64,000 nucleotides of DNA from the human T2T-CHM13v2.0 reference genome, Homo sapiens. Position 1 is the first letter of the stretch; every line of letters starts with the position of its first letter. Shown here in pieces: positions 1 to 24,642 of the stretch. A program made the translations under genes and the position numbers. The DNA is taken from NCBI RefSeq assembly GCF_009914755.1, contig NC_060931.1, one strand, 5' to 3'. Below the pieces are notes generated by a model. That model searched no databases, was not told where the DNA came from, and worked only from the letters and a program-made list of their open reading frames with translations.

Positions 1-43
1 TGCTGTGGAAAACAGTTTGAGGGCGCTTCAAAAATTAAACAGG

Positions 44-300
44 GGCTGGCCACAGTGGCTCACGCCTGTAATCCCAGCGCTTTCGGAGGCCGAGGTGGGA
101 GGATTGTTTGAACCCAGGAGTTCTAGCCTGGGCAACATAGCAAGAGCCCATCTCTACAAAAAATAAAGAAATTAGCCGGGCATGGTGGCACATGCTTGTG
201 GTCCCAGCTACTCTGGAGGCTTAGGCAGGAGGATCTCTTGAGGCCAGGAGTTCAAGACAGCCTGGATAACATACCAAGGCCCCATCTCTACAACAATGAT
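44..300 (+). mobile_element. AluJ/FLAM-type dimer with two left-arm-like ends
   Basis: Alu left arm followed by a monomer ending in left-arm sequence; flanks aaaa(a/g)ttaaac TSD-like. Confidence 0.8.
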
Positions 301-305
301 GACAA

Positions 306-1140
<835 letters not shown>

Positions 1141-1143
1141 ACA

Positions 1144-1471
<328 letters not shown>

Positions 1472-1789
1472 TTATATGTATTTTACCCCATTTTTTTTTA
1501 AAAGCACAAACACACACACACCAAAACACATGGTAGGCATAGACCATGGGTTAGTGAAATAGACCAAATCTATATATTTATCAGAATTTAGTTTATAATA
1601 AAGGTGGCATTTCAAATTAGTAGGGAAAGGGCAGGCTATTCAGATGGTACCAAACAGTGAGAAGAAGTTCTCACTCTGGGGGAGAAACATCCTAGCTTGC
1701 GTAAGGAGCCAAAGGCACAAAGCAAAACTATAAACTTAGAAAAAAAAAAAAAAGAAAATATGTTTCCAACTTTAGTATTGAGAAGATCT

Positions 1790-2095
<306 letters not shown>

Positions 2096-2344
2096 TAAGC
2101 AAGATATAGAATGACTAAACCGTAAAGAAAAATATTTGTCCTGCAGTGGTACAAGTCTCTGAACAGGACAATCTGGCAGGGTCTAATAAATTTCAAATAT
2201 ACACATAGTCTGACCCCCTGGGAATCTATCCTAGAGGAATGTTCCCACAAGTTCACAATGAGCCACGTTCAAGGACATTCCCTGAAGCACTATTCCCAAG
2301 GGAAAGGCAAAAACAACTTGAATGTTCCAGCAATAGTAGAAAGT

Positions 2345-3200
<856 letters not shown>

Positions 3201-3409
3201 TACACACACACACACGCACATACACATTTAAATGAAGAAAAATAAAATTAGGATGCTTTTGTACTAAGAAATACTATGCAGTAGTTAAAAAGAATGTGGT
3301 TGATCTAAAAATACCAACAGAGAAAAATTTCAAAAATTTCAAAAACAAACTCTACACCCTGGGACACTCCAAAAGGATTTACTTGCTGGCTTACCAATCT
3401 CTTCCTCAT

Positions 3410-3695
3410 ATTTTTTTTAGACAGAATCTTGCTCTGTCGCCCAGGCTGGAGTGCAGTGTTGTGATCTCGTCTCACTGCAGCCTTCACCTCCCGACTTCAA
3501 GCGATTCTCCTGCCTCCCCAGTAGCTGGGATTACACGCATCTGCCATCACACCCAGCTAGTTTTTGTATTTTTAGTAGAGATGGGGTTTCACCATGTTGG
3601 CCAGGCTGGTCTCAAATTCCTGACCTCAGGTGATACCCCCCAACCTTGGCCTCCCAAAGTGTTGGGATTACAGGCGTGAGCCACTGTATCCGGCC
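3410..3695 (-). mobile_element. AluS
   Basis: Full Alu consensus. Confidence 0.92.
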
Positions 3696-3939
3696 TCTTC
3701 TTCATTTTTTGAAGGAATTCTGGAGGGTGGAGAACAAATCTGCCCAGCTTCAGGACTAGTTTGTGGAGGTCATCTGAAGAGCTGCCAGAATTGAGAAAAG
3801 GATTGGAATGTCCTCCCAGCAGCTGAATTTTGCGGGCAGGAAAGGAGGCACAGAGGTCGCTTGGTTTGGGTATTGGCATGTGTGCAGTGGCGGCCAAGGG
3901 AGAAAAAGAGGCAGGAAAAAGGCTGTTAAAACAGCAGGA

Positions 3940-4245
3940 GGCCAGGCGCCGTGGCTCATGCCTGTAATCCCAACACTTTGGGAGGCCGAGGTAGCAGGAT
4001 CACTTGAGCCTAGGAGTTCCAGACCAGCCTGGCAACGCGGCAAAACCCTGTCTCTAGAAAAGATTAAAAAAAAAATCACCTGTAATCCTAGCTATTCAGG
4101 AGGCTGAGGTGGGAGGATCATCTGAGCCTGGGGAGGCTGCAGTGAGCTATGATTGTGCCACTGCATTCCAGTGTGGGTGACAGAGTGAGACGCCATCTCA
4201 AAAAAACCACACACATACACACAAAAACAAACAAACAAAGAAAAA
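3940..4245 (+). mobile_element. AluJ
   Basis: Diverged Alu with gaggctgcagtgagctatgat; CA/AAAC tail. Confidence 0.88.
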
Positions 4246-4682
4246 ACAGGAAGAAAGCAAACTAAGGCAGGACTATGTGAATGTGAAAAGGGCCAGGGCC
4301 TACCAAGTACAGTGAAATTCCAATGACTCGCCAGTCATTCACCAGGTGGAAACACATCAAGTGACATTGACGTGTCCTCACACACTGCTTTGGGTCATTT
4401 TGTCTCGTCCTACTTCTGGCCAGTCCCAGGGTTGAAAGCTTTATGGCAAACCAGAGCAATCTTGCAAATGGCTTTCCCCCAAATCCTGAAGCCTGCAAAA
4501 ATGTTTGGCCTTGGGCTCACTAGGTGTCCTAGCATCCCCCACGCTGGTGCCTATAAGACTCCCCTTCTTCTAGCTCCTTCCCAGCTCAGTAAGGGGAGGG
4601 AATGCCCATTGCCAGACATGCATCCTTATCTTTAATATTCACAATGCTTTGTGGCAACTACTGTTATTAGAAACATAAGCAG

Positions 4683-5043
<361 letters not shown>

Positions 5044-5150
5044 TCACGGTCTTCCTCTTAGCAGATGCTGCTAAGAAAGCATTTTATTGGGTACCCACCA
5101 TATGCGAGCACTTTTAAGTGCTCCAAGGGATGTAAAATAACTCAGGTTCT

Positions 5151-5900
<750 letters not shown>

Positions 5901-6268
5901 CTACAGAGGTTAAGAGCAGGGAGGGAATGCAACCGGTAGACAGGATCAGCAAAATACTATCAAGACGAATAATGTTTGGGGCATATGAAAATAGTAAAGG
6001 CACGTGGTTTGTTGGCCTCCTTCCAGCTCTTTCCATCGTGCCCTGAGGAATCCCTCTTGCCATTACAAAAAAAGAAAAAAGCAAACAATGACAAAAAACC
6101 AACAATACCGCCAAAGCAACAAAGAACCCCCTTCATCCTCAAAGCCCTCAGCACCCTCTCTCCATCTCTTTGTTTATTATTATAGATAATGGGGAAAGCA
6201 TAAAGAGGGAAGAGGACCAAAGACATAGCATCGGGGAAGGCCTGCATTTAGGGTGGGAAGAGCAGTCA

Positions 6269-7015
<747 letters not shown>

Positions 7016-7484
7016 CTACAAGTGCTGTTAGGTCCTGATGTCATCTTGGGGGCAGCTACAGCAGAGTAACGCAGGCCTAAGTCCAAATGTGTGCCTTGGA
7101 GCCACTGGGGGAGGATGGGCAGTGGGAGGTGGTGAGAGGGATTTCTCTTTGGGAAAGGCTGGTGGTGAAGGGCAGGGAGTCACAGGAAGTTCCCCAAGAG
7201 TGTGGAAAAATCCAGAGGAGGCAATCAGGCTTTTAAGGATGGAGAAGATTTGCATATGGTGGGAGGCAGAAGGAACGGAGTGAAGAGGAAGCGCAATGGG
7301 AGAGAGATGGATGAGTGGACAGGGTCTCTGAGGAGGGGTGGACTGGAGAGTGGGTGCGTGAGTGAGCCACAAGGGGTGAAGGCGGAGGGGAGGGAGGAGG
7401 GGAAGGAGGGGGCGTAGCTGGCGATGTCATGGGGGATGAAATCAGAGATGATGAGGAGGCTCACACTGGAGGGTCTCCACTATT

Positions 7485-8115
<631 letters not shown>

Positions 8116-8623
8116 TAGAGGACACGAGGGCCTGTTTTTAAGCTGAGAGGAGGAATAATTATTGAAGATATGAAAGAGAATGGGGACAGGGACAGAGCAA
8201 GTTCTCAGAGGACACCAGCACAGGTGGCTAAGATCCGAGCTGCTTCCTGCAGCGTCACCACACCGGCGACCCATGCTGAGGCTTCCTCAATGAAAATCCC
8301 CACCTTTTTTCTACATGAACTGCTGCAAGCCACAGTTGCCCATCTGATATTTGCATGCCTGTGAGTTTCAGATGTAACTACAAGAATTTACACTTATCCT
8401 AATTACGTTTCATAAACTGTCTTTATGATCATCTGTTCTGGTACAACGACCAAGAAAACATTCAGTGGGTGGTTTGGCAAGTTCTGTTTTGAATCAGCTG
8501 TGCACCAGGTGTGTGCCAGGCCAGTAGGAAGATCCCGGACAGCGTCTTTGCTCTCCAGATGTCTGTAGTGTAAGTGGGAAGGCAAACTCAAAGACAGATC
8601 ATTTAAACAAATATAATGTCCAG

Positions 8624-8757
8624 ACCAGGAGGGGTGGCGTACACCTATAGTCCCAGCTACTCAGGAGGCTGAGGTGGGAGGATCGCTGGAACCTAGGCAG
8701 TCAAGGCTGCAGTGAGCTATGATTGCACCACTGCACTCCAGCCTGGGTGACAGAGTG
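8624..8757 (+). mobile_element. Alu right-arm monomer (FRAM/AluJ-like), tail-less
   Basis: Right-arm consensus ending abruptly at gacagagtg. Confidence 0.8.
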
Positions 8758-9229
8758 TGTCATCCTGGCGGCACTGCTCCTACCCCTACAGCAGGCGAGG
8801 CGGACTGATGTAGGAGGCAGATGGTCAATTCAGGGTGTTTGCCAGGGGACAGGAGCAGATCTGAGTTTTTGATGCATCACTGACCTCTGTGCAGGGACAG
8901 CTCTGAGGATGGCCAGGGTGGAGACTGGGATCAGTGAAGAGGGTACTGCCAGTTCTGGGTGTACTAGATGAGTCCTGACCATGAGCAGTGAAAATAGGAA
9001 AGAGATGAGAGAACAGAGCCGCCAGGGAGTATTTAGGAGGTAAAACCCAGCAGGAGACGGGAATGGAAGGGAGTGGGAGGGGAGTGGAGTAGTGAGTGAT
9101 AATTTGACTTCTAGTTTTCTGACTCAGCTAATCAGTAGAGCAACGGTCCTGCTAAGGCAAGATTACAGGGGATCAGAACACAGGGAGGTGTCAGCCTCTA
9201 GCAGGGGAACAGCTACCTTCCATTATTTT

Positions 9230-10077
<848 letters not shown>

Positions 10078-10111
10078 TAATTTGGGCTCAAATACACTGA
10101 GATGTCTGGTT

Positions 10112-10400
10112 GGCTGGGTTTGGTGGTTCGCACCTGTAATCCTAGCTCTTTGGGAGGCCAAGGTGTTCGAAACCAGCCTGGGAAATATAGTGAATATAGT
10201 GAGACCCTGTTTCTACAAAAAAAATTTAAAAATTAGAAAGGCATGGAGGTGCACACATATAGTCCCAGCTAGTCAGGGGGTTGAGGGAGGAGGATTGTTT
10301 GAGGCCAGGAGTTGGAGGCTACAGTGAGCTATGATCAAGCCACTGCACTCCAGCCTGGGTGACAGAGCAAGACCCTATCTCTATAAAAAAATAAGAACAA
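10112..10400 (+). mobile_element. AluJ
   Basis: Diverged Alu with an internal deletion. Confidence 0.85.
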
Positions 10401-10666
10401 TTAAAACAAAATAAAGGTCTGGCTGCAGGAAGCAGAGGGCATTTCCATCTGATAAATTTGATTTTCTGTGTGAAATTAGGAGGGATGGAGTTGTAGCTTG
10501 GAGGGGCAGGAAGGTTTGAGGTAGTATCTGTGGAGAGAACCACGTGGGGCACAAAAGGGCCACTGAGCAGTGTTGAAGGTCCAGTGGGATGTGGAGGCCA
10601 TCCTGTCTTGTGGCTTTGCTAATGGTATCTTTTCTCATACTAAAGCTTCTCATTTTTCCGTAGTCA

Positions 10667-11001
<335 letters not shown>

Positions 11002-11269
11002 TAGGTTTGTGGTATGCTTTAGGAAGCCTTCCTTTTATATGGCAATGTGAAAAAAACCAACAAAACAAAACAACTGGGCAGGCCTGTATGTATGGACTGA
11101 AACAATATCCAAGATCTATGTTACTCAGCGAAATACCACTGCAGACCCACACAGACGATATGCTTGCAGTTGCACAGAGGTGGCTGCCTCTGCAGAGAAG
11201 GACCAGAGGCTGGGGGATGTGGGATGAACTGGTCACCCTCTTGTATGGTAGATTTTTTTTAAATCATGC

Positions 11270-11612
<343 letters not shown>

Positions 11613-12399
11613 TAGATACAATCAATAAAAGAAAATTACAAAGAAAGACAAAGGACAAGAAGGCTGTGGGTCAATAGCGACACCGATATTCTCCACTGCG
11701 TGGTCTTCTACAGCAGCATTCAGGAAACTGGGCATGGTGGACCCAAGGTTAGATAGAGCGGGTGTTACTGAAGTCACAGGGCAAGGGAGATGCGAGAAGG
11801 ATGGAAGGCAAGGACGCTGCTTGTCCAATGGGAGAAAGTACGGATGTGTTTCAGACACGGAACAGTTCCCGACCCCAAGAACGCAGATCACCTGTGACCA
11901 GAGGAAAGAAACTAAGGTGCTAAAAGGTTAAATAATTTACAAGGGCACACACACCTACCAGAGCGTTTTGTTCTGGCTCCAGGGCCTAATTAACCTTCAC
12001 CGTTATGCGACGCTGCATTTCACAAAATCATACTAAGCAAAAAAGCAGGACACGAAACCATTTATATAGTATGAGCACAGTTTTACGAAAAGGGTTATAA
12101 ATATATATATGTATATATGTGTATATATATTTATAGGTGGTGTATGTATAGGCAGACACTGGAAAGAAATATGCTCAAATGTTAAGAGTGGTTATGAGTG
12201 GTGATTTTTAAAACTGTTTTTCTAGACTTTCTAAAATTAACATTAACATAATTAACAGGAAAAAAATGTTATTTAAAATAGCCACTGGGATGGGCAAGAA
12301 TCAAAGACATTCTATAAAAATAGACTTTCTGGGAAAAGGTACCCTGGCAACATACCCTGAGAATTTGAATAAATAAAAAGTACTTTACTTGATTCATGG

Positions 12400-12590
12400 A
12401 GTGATAATGGAAAGAACATGAGATTTAGAAGACCTGGATTCAGGCTTCTTAGAAAAGTGTTAACTCACTAAGCCTCCATTTCCTTATATAAATATAGGCA
12501 TGAAAATAGCAAAACTTGTTTCACAAGGCTGTTGTTGTAGAGACCAAGACAGATATTTCAAATGAAAAAATTCTATAAACCAAACTGTGT
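12400..12590 (+). mobile_element. MIR fragment
   Basis: gaagacctggattcaggct...aagcctccatttccttatataaatataggcatg resembles the MIR core. Confidence 0.55.
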
Positions 12591-12599
12591 TAGTTTAAT

Positions 12600-12984
<385 letters not shown>

Positions 12985-13435
12985 TGATTGTAAGACGCAA
13001 TGCCAATTCTAGATTAATCAGTGACTTTGATTTTATAAAACAGACATCTGCAAATTCCAAATCAGGAGATGGTTTGTATTACTGAGCCATGTAATTATGA
13101 TGAATATCTCAAGCCCCTGTATTTCAACTCAAAAATTATTGTCAGGTACACTTCAAGGTGACACCATCCCTGGATTTCCTGTTCCAGGGCTCCACGATTT
13201 TCCTAGAAGCCAAGGCCATGACCTTCCAGCAGCTATTTGAAGCTTTCAAGCCTGTGCCCATAATGGCTCATAAACCCTTTTTGGCACCAAACCAAAAGTC
13301 AGATCAGTTTTCCAAAATGCCTTCCCCTGAACTCATATTCCCTCTTGCCTCAGTGGCGAGGGTCGGGGAGTGTCCCTCCTCCTGTTGAGAACAGCCTCTC
13401 TATAGGATTCCTGCACTCGGGACTTCCCAACTTTT

Positions 13436-13869
<434 letters not shown>

Positions 13870-14050
13870 TAGCCTATCTCTATATGCAATCAGAATAATA
13901 CATTTTTTTTAAACTGAGATATAACTCAGACACCATAGAATTCGCCATTTTTAAAAAGGGTATAGTTCAGTGATTTTTAATGTATTTTCAAGGTTATATA
14001 ATCATCATCACCAATTCCAGGACATTTTCATCACCCCAAAAAGAAAACCT

Positions 14051-14700
<650 letters not shown>

Positions 14701-14897
14701 AAGAAACACCATACCTGTTAGTAGTCACTCTGTATTCATCCTTCCCCCAACCCCCGGCAAGTGCTAATCTACTTTCTGTCTCCATGGATTTACCTATTCT
14801 GAACATTTCATATAATGGGGTTATAATAAAATAAGTGGCCATTTCTGTCTGGCTTCTTCACTTAGCATAATGTTTTCAATGTTCAAGCATGTTGTAG

Positions 14898-15246
<349 letters not shown>

Positions 15247-15267
15247 TAAAATTTATTATCTTCACTA

Positions 15268-15570
<303 letters not shown>

Positions 15571-15734
15571 AGGCTCATTATCACTGTTTTTAAGTGTACC
15601 ATTCAGTGGTACTAAATATATCCATAATTTGTGCAACCATCACGGCCGTTCATATTTGTAAAACTGAAATGGTCCCCATTAAACATAATTCCCCATTCTC
15701 CCCTCTCCCCAGCCTCTAGCAAACAGCAGTCTAA

Positions 15735-16040
15735 TTTTTTGAGACAGGGTCTTGTTCTGTCAGTCAGACTGGATGGAGTGCTGTGGCACAAACACAGCTC
15801 ACTGCGGCTTTGACCTCCTGGGCTCAAGCAATCTTCCCACCTCAGCCTCCAAAGTAGCTGGGACTACAGGCATGCTCACTGTACTCAGCTAATTAAAACT
15901 TTTTTTTTTTTTTTTTTTTTTGTAGAGATAGGGTCTTGCTATGTATCCCAGGCTGGTCTCAAACTCTTCGGCTTAAGCGATCCTCCTACCTCTGCCTCCC
16001 AAAGTGCTGAGATTACAGGCGTGAGCCACCGTGCCCGGTC
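15735..16040 (-). mobile_element. AluJ
   Basis: Diverged Alu with a long central T run. Confidence 0.88.
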
Positions 16041-16159
16041 TCACCAGTCTACTTTCTATCTCTACGATTGTGACTAAGTACCTCATATAACGGGAGTCAT
16101 GCTGTATTTATCATACAGTATTTGTCTTTGTTGTGACTAGCTTATTTCACTTAGCGTAA

Positions 16160-16512
<353 letters not shown>

Positions 16513-16854
16513 AGAATTTCCTTCCCTTTTAAGGCTGAATAACATTCCATCATATAACACATTTTGCTTATTCATTCAGCTGGTGATGAACACTTGGCTT
16601 GCTTCCATGTTTTGGCTATTGTGAATAATGCTGCTATGAACGTGGATGTACAAATATCTCTTCAAGGCTCTGCTTTCAGTTCTTTTGGGTATAAACCCAC
16701 AAGTGGAATTGCTGGATCATATGGTGATTCTATTTTTAATTTTTTGAGGAGCTGCCATACTGTTTTTCACAGCATCGTACCATTTTATATTCCCTCCAAT
16801 CATGCACAAGGATTCCAATTTCTCCACAACCTGGCTAGCAATTTTTATTTCATG

Positions 16855-17242
<388 letters not shown>

Positions 17243-17447
17243 TAGTGATAGGCACCTTTGCATGTGCTTATTGACCATTTGTATATCTTCTTTGAAGAAA
17301 TGTCTATTCATTTGCCTATTTTTGAACTGAATTTTATTTTTGTTATTGAGTTTTAGGAATTCTGTATATATTCTGGGTATCAATTCCTTATCCAATAATA
17401 TGATTTCTAAGTATTTTCTCCCATTCTATGAGATGTCTTTTTACATT

Positions 17448-17752
17448 CTTTTTTTTTTTTTTCCTTTTGAAAGACAGTCTTGCTCTGTTGTCCAGGCTGG
17501 AGTGCAGCAGTACCATCTCAGCTCCCTGCAACCTCCACTGCCTGGGATCAAGTGATCCTCCCACTGCAGCTTCCTAAGCAGCTGGGACTACAGGCACGCA
17601 TCAGCACACCTGGTTAATTTCTGTATTTTTTTGTAGAGATGGGGTTTCACCAAGTTCCCCAGGCTGGTCTCAAACTCCGGAGCTCCAGTGATCTGCCTCC
17701 CTCGGCCTCCCAAAGTGCTGGGATTACAAGTGTGAGCTACCATACTTGGTCC
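17448..17752 (-). mobile_element. Alu (Jb/S)
   Basis: Full Alu; TSD ttacattct. Confidence 0.9.
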
Positions 17753-18090
17753 TTCTTACATTCTCGACAGTGTCCTTTGAAGCAAAAACATTTGTAATAT
17801 TGTTGAAGAACAGTTTATTTTTTCTTTGGTTGTTCAAGCTTTTGATGTCACATTTAAGAAGCCATTGCTTAATCCAAGCTCATAAAGATTTACACCTATG
17901 TTTCCCTCTATGAGTTTTATAAGTTTAGCTCTTACATTTAGGTTTCTGATCCATTTGGAGTTAATTTTTGTGTATAGCGTGAAGAGTCTTGCTATCCTTG
18001 TTGACTATCAATTGACCACGGATATGTGGGCTTATTTCTGGACCCCCAATTCCATTGCACTGTTCTATGTTTCTATCCTTATGCCAGTAA

Positions 18091-18447
<357 letters not shown>

Positions 18448-18827
18448 TTGTTCTTCTTTTTCAAGACTGTTTTGGCTATTTGGGGTCCCTTGCATTTCCA
18501 TATGAATTTTGGTATCAGCTTGTCTATTTCTGCAAAAAGGCATTTGAAATTTTGATAGGGATTGCATTGAATCTATAGATTGACTAGCAAAGTCTTGCCA
18601 TGTTAACAATATTAAGTCTTCTGACCCAAGAACATAAAATGTCTTTCCATTTATTTAGGTCTTCTTTAATTTCTTCCAACAATATTTCGTAGTTCCAGTA
18701 CACAAGTATTGCACATCTTTGGTTAAATAAGTATTTTATTCTTTTCTATTGGTTTTCTTAATTTCATTTTTGGATTTTTCATAGCTAGCATATAGAAATA
18801 CAACTAAATTTTTAAATATTAATATTG

Positions 18828-19140
18828 GGCCAGGTGCGGTGGCTCATGTCTGTAGTTCCAGCACTTTGGGAGGTCAAGGTGGGTGGATTGCTTGAGCCTG
18901 GAGTTTGAGACCAGCCTGGGCAACATAGCAAAGCCCTATCTCTACAAAAAAAAAAAAAAAAAAAAAAAAAATTAGCTGGGCATGGTGGTGCATGCTTGTG
19001 GTCCAAGCTACTCGAGAGGCTGAGGTTGGAGAATCACTTTAGCCCAGGAGGTTGAGGCTGGAGTGATCCATGCTTGTATCACTGCACTCCAGCCCAGATG
19101 ACAGAGCAAGAAAGACCCTGTCTCAAAAAAGAAAAAAATA
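18828..19140 (+). mobile_element. AluJ
   Basis: Full Alu; TSD aaatattaat(a/g)ttg. Confidence 0.9.
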
Positions 19141-19628
19141 ATAAAATATTAATGTTGTATCCTGCAATTTTTCTTGATTCATTTATTAGCTCTAATAGCT
19201 TTTGTTGTTGTAATAGAAAACTTTGTCATGTTTTCTACACATATGAGATAATGTCACTGAAAAATAGAGATAATTTCACTTCTTCCTTTCCAATATGTGT
19301 GCCTTTTACTTATTTCTTCTTGCTTAACTGCCTTTGTCAGAACCTCTAGTTCTAACAAGTTCTAGTCAATCTTGAATATAAGTGGTAAGAGCAGACATCC
19401 TTGTTTTGTTCCTGATCTTAGGAGAAAAGCTTTCAGTCATTCACTATTAAGTATGTTGTTAGCCATGGGTTTTTTTGTTTTTGGTAGATTTCCTTTATTT
19501 GGCTGAGGAATGTTAATTTCTCACTCATTTTTGAAGGATAGTTTTATGAAAGATAAGATTCTTGGCTGGCAGTTTTCTCCTTTCATCACTTTGAATATAT
19601 CATCTCACTGGCTTCTAAACTCTGCGGC

Positions 19629-19935
19629 TTTTTGTTTTTTTTTTGTTTTTTTTTGAGACAGAGTCTCGCTCTGTCGCCCAGGCTGTAGTGCAGTGGCACA
19701 ATCTCGGCTCACTGAAAGCTCCGCCTCCTGGGTTCATGCCATTCTCCTGCCTCAGCCTCCCGAGTAGCTGGGACTACAGATGCCTGCCACCACACCCAAC
19801 TAATTTTTGTATTTTTAGTACAGATGGGGTTTCACCATGTAAGTCAGGATGGTCTCGATCTCCTGACCTCATGATCCACATGCCTCGGCCTCCCAAAGTG
19901 CTGGGATTACAGGCGTGAGCCACTGTGCCAGGCCG
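19629..19935 (-). mobile_element. AluY-like
   Basis: catgccattctcc and caggatggtctcgatctcctgacctcatga diagnostics; TSD cggctttttt. Confidence 0.9.
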
Positions 19936-20348
19936 GCTTTTTTTTTTTAATGAGAAGCCAGCTGTTAATCTTATTAAAAATCCCTTGTATGTGATGAGTC
20001 ACTTCTCGCTGCTTCCTCTTTGTCTTCTGACAGTGTGACTATGATGTGTCTTGGTGTAGATCTCTGAATTTATCCTACTTGGAGTTCATTGAGTTTCTCA
20101 GATGTGTGGACTACTATTCATTTTTCATCGAATTTAGCATAATTTCAAGTCATTATTTCTTCAAATATTCTTTCTGCTCTTTCTTCTTCCACAGGGACTC
20201 CTATTATACGTATGTTGATATGCTTGATAGTGTCCCGCAGGTCATTAATCTTCATTCTTTTTCTCTCTGTTCCTTAGACTGAATAATCTCAATTGGCCTA
20301 TCTTTAAATTCACTGATTCCTCTTTCATCTTCTCAAATCTGATACTGA

Positions 20349-20801
<453 letters not shown>

Positions 20802-20848
20802 TAGTTCTTTGAATATATTTAAAATAACTAATTTAAAGTATTTGTCTA

Positions 20849-21060
20849 GGCTAGACTCATACCTGTAATCCCAGGACGTTGGGAGGTCACGGCAGGAGAA
20901 TAACTTAAGGCCAGGAGTTCAAGACCAGCCTGGGCAACATAGTGAGATGCTGTTGCTACAAAAAAATTTTAAAAATCAGCCAGGCATGGTGGTGTGTGCT
21001 TGTAATCCTAGCTACTTGGGAGACTAAGGAAGGAGGATCACTTAATAAATAAATAAATAA
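20849..21060 (+). mobile_element. AluJ, 3'-partial
   Basis: Left arm plus partial right arm, then (TAAA)n. Confidence 0.82.
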
Positions 21061-21637
21061 ATTGTCGAATAATTCCAACTTCTGGGTTTCCTCAGGGACT
21101 GTTGGCATTGATGGCTTTTTCCCCCTAAGGATCATATTTTTTGCTTTCTTTGCATGTTTCACAATTTTTGTTCAAAACCGGACATTTCAAATAATATAAT
21201 GTGGTCATGCTGGAAGTCAGATTCTGCTCCCCCCTCTGTAGGGTTTGTTCTTGTTGCTGTTTATTGTGGTTGCTGTTTGTTTAGTGACTTTCCTCATAAT
21301 TATGCCAAGTCTGTATTCTACATCATGTGTGGCCACTGAATTCTTTGCGCAGTTAACTTAGTGGTTAGCTAATGATTAGACAGATTTCCTTAACCTCCTG
21401 GAACCAACACATCTACTCTTTGCTGAGAGGCTCTGGATCCATGCAAACTTTCAACACCCAGCCAGGCAGTTTCTAACTCTGCCTCAGCTTTCACGTTCTG
21501 CTCGCACAGAGCCTCAAGGTCAGTCCAAGGGGGGTTATTATTGCCTTCTGAAGTCCTTCCTGGGCACACACGCAGCCAACACACGCACATGGCCATCTGC
21601 ACACCAGGAGGATGTCAGAGCTTATAGAAGCCCCCTA

Positions 21638-21982
<345 letters not shown>

Positions 21983-22037
21983 TTAGTCTATTGTTTGCCC
22001 CAACTGTTATCCATGACCTTAGGCAGCTCTGATGTTA

Positions 22038-22385
<348 letters not shown>

Positions 22386-22462
22386 ATATGCAACAAATGT
22401 CCCTTGAGAGAGGCATTTAGCACTGGGAGAGTTTAAGTAAGGTCAAAAAAGACAAGCCTTTC

Positions 22463-22762
22463 AGCCAGGCGTGGTGGCTCACGCCTGTAATCCCAGCACT
22501 ATGGGAGGCCAAAGCGAGTTGATAACCTGAGGTCAGGAGTTCGAAACCACCTGGCCAACATGGTGAAACCCCGTCTCTGCTTGAAAATACAAAAATTAGC
22601 TGGGCGTGGTGGCGGGTGCCTGTAATCCCAGCTACTCAGGAGGTTGAGGCATGAGAATTGCTTGAACCTGGAGGCAGAGTTTGCAGTGAGCCAAGATCGC
22701 GCCACTGTGTTCCAGCCTGGGCAACAGTGCAAGACTCCATCTAAAAAAAAAAAAAAAAAAAA
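22463..22762 (+). mobile_element. AluS
   Basis: Full Alu; TSD aaaaagacaagcctttca. Confidence 0.93.
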
Positions 22763-22829
22763 GACAAGCCTTTCAAGTAGGGTCTTCAAGGGAATCACTA
22801 GACAGGTCACAGAATGACTATTCTCTGTT

Positions 22830-23320
22830 GCTGCCTAATTCTCCAGCTTCATCTTTATCCCTCTCGGCCCCACTCAGTGCTCCAGCAGCTCTGGCATTCT
22901 TGCATTTCTTGAACAATTTTTCTCCTGCCTTGGAGCCTTTGCACACACTGTTTCCTCTGCCTGAAAACAAACAAACAAACAAACAAAAAACCTCTTTCCT
23001 ATGATCTCTGCTTGGTTGGTTCTATCACTTCATTATGGCCTCTGATCAAATGGTACTTCATCAAATGGTTTTCCAACCACCCACCCTCTCTAATGTAACC
23101 TCCTTCTTTCCCAACTCTTACCCCCTTACTCACTATTTTTTCTCTGTCTTCTTTTCCATAGTGCTTATTACAATATGGCATCGTATCATAGATTCACTTG
23201 CTTACTGTCTGATTTCTCTACTGGAATCTACATTCTATGAGGATGGACTCATTCTAACTGTTTAGTTTAGCCCAAGATCCTGCAAGCAGTACCTGGATCT
23301 GCTAATAAATACTTTCTTAA
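22830..23320 (+). mobile_element. L2 3' fragment
   Basis: gcctttgcacacactgtttcctctgcctg and terminal ctaataaatactt resemble the L2 3' end. Confidence 0.55.
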
Positions 23321-23364
23321 AAATGAAGTGGCCCCTATGATGAATTTGTGTTCTGTCAGCTTAG

Positions 23365-23911
<547 letters not shown>

Positions 23912-23961
23912 TGAGATGGAGCAGGGACCCCCTCCTAGGGGCTTGCAGGCCACTGCATCAT

Positions 23962-24125
23962 TGAAATAAAGGAAAATTTTAAGTTCCTTCAACAGGAATT
24001 CCAGGCATCTACCTAACCTTAAGAAGTAAGTCAGTACCTTGATAAGCAAGAAGGTAATAGTAGCCTAAAACAATAGCCAAGGAAGCTAGAACCATGGGAT
24101 GTTTGGTTCTCCTATAAAAACTAGG
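23962..24125 (+). mobile_element. ERV LTR fragment (family not determined)
   Basis: Starts tgaaataaaggaaaa; gataagcaagaaggtaatagtagcctaaaacaatagccaaggaagc resembles MER-type LTRs. Confidence 0.45.
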
Positions 24126-24339
24126 CCAGGCCTATCAACCTCTCTCTCTCCGTTTATCCTCACCTGCTTTTAAACTGGGGTCGCTAACTTAAAAACCAAA
24201 CCAAACCATCTTCAACCTCACACTCTCCTCCAGCTATGACCCCCCTTCTTCCTTTCCCAATTAAACTTCTTGAAACACTTGTCTTCACTGACCGTCTTTG
24301 CTTCACAGATTCCGCTTTTGCTAGATCAACAATACATCT

Positions 24340-24642
24340 TGTTTGTTTTTGTTTTGTTTTGAGATGAGGTCTCGCCGTATCACTCAGGTTGGAATTCAGT
24401 TGTGTGATCACAGCTCACTGCAGCCTTGACCTCCTGGCTCCAGTGATCCTTCCACCTCAGCCTCCTAAGTAGCTGGGACTACAGGCATGCACCAGCACGC
24501 CTGGCTCATTTTTGTATTTTCTGTAGAGACAGAGTTTCAATATGTTGCCCAGGTTGGCTTAGGACTCCTGGGCTCAAGTGATCCTCAGGCCTTGGCCTCC
24601 CAAAGTGTTGGGATTACTGGCGTGAGCAACTGTGCCCAGCCA
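24340..24642 (-). mobile_element. AluJ
   Basis: Diverged full Alu. Confidence 0.88.
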
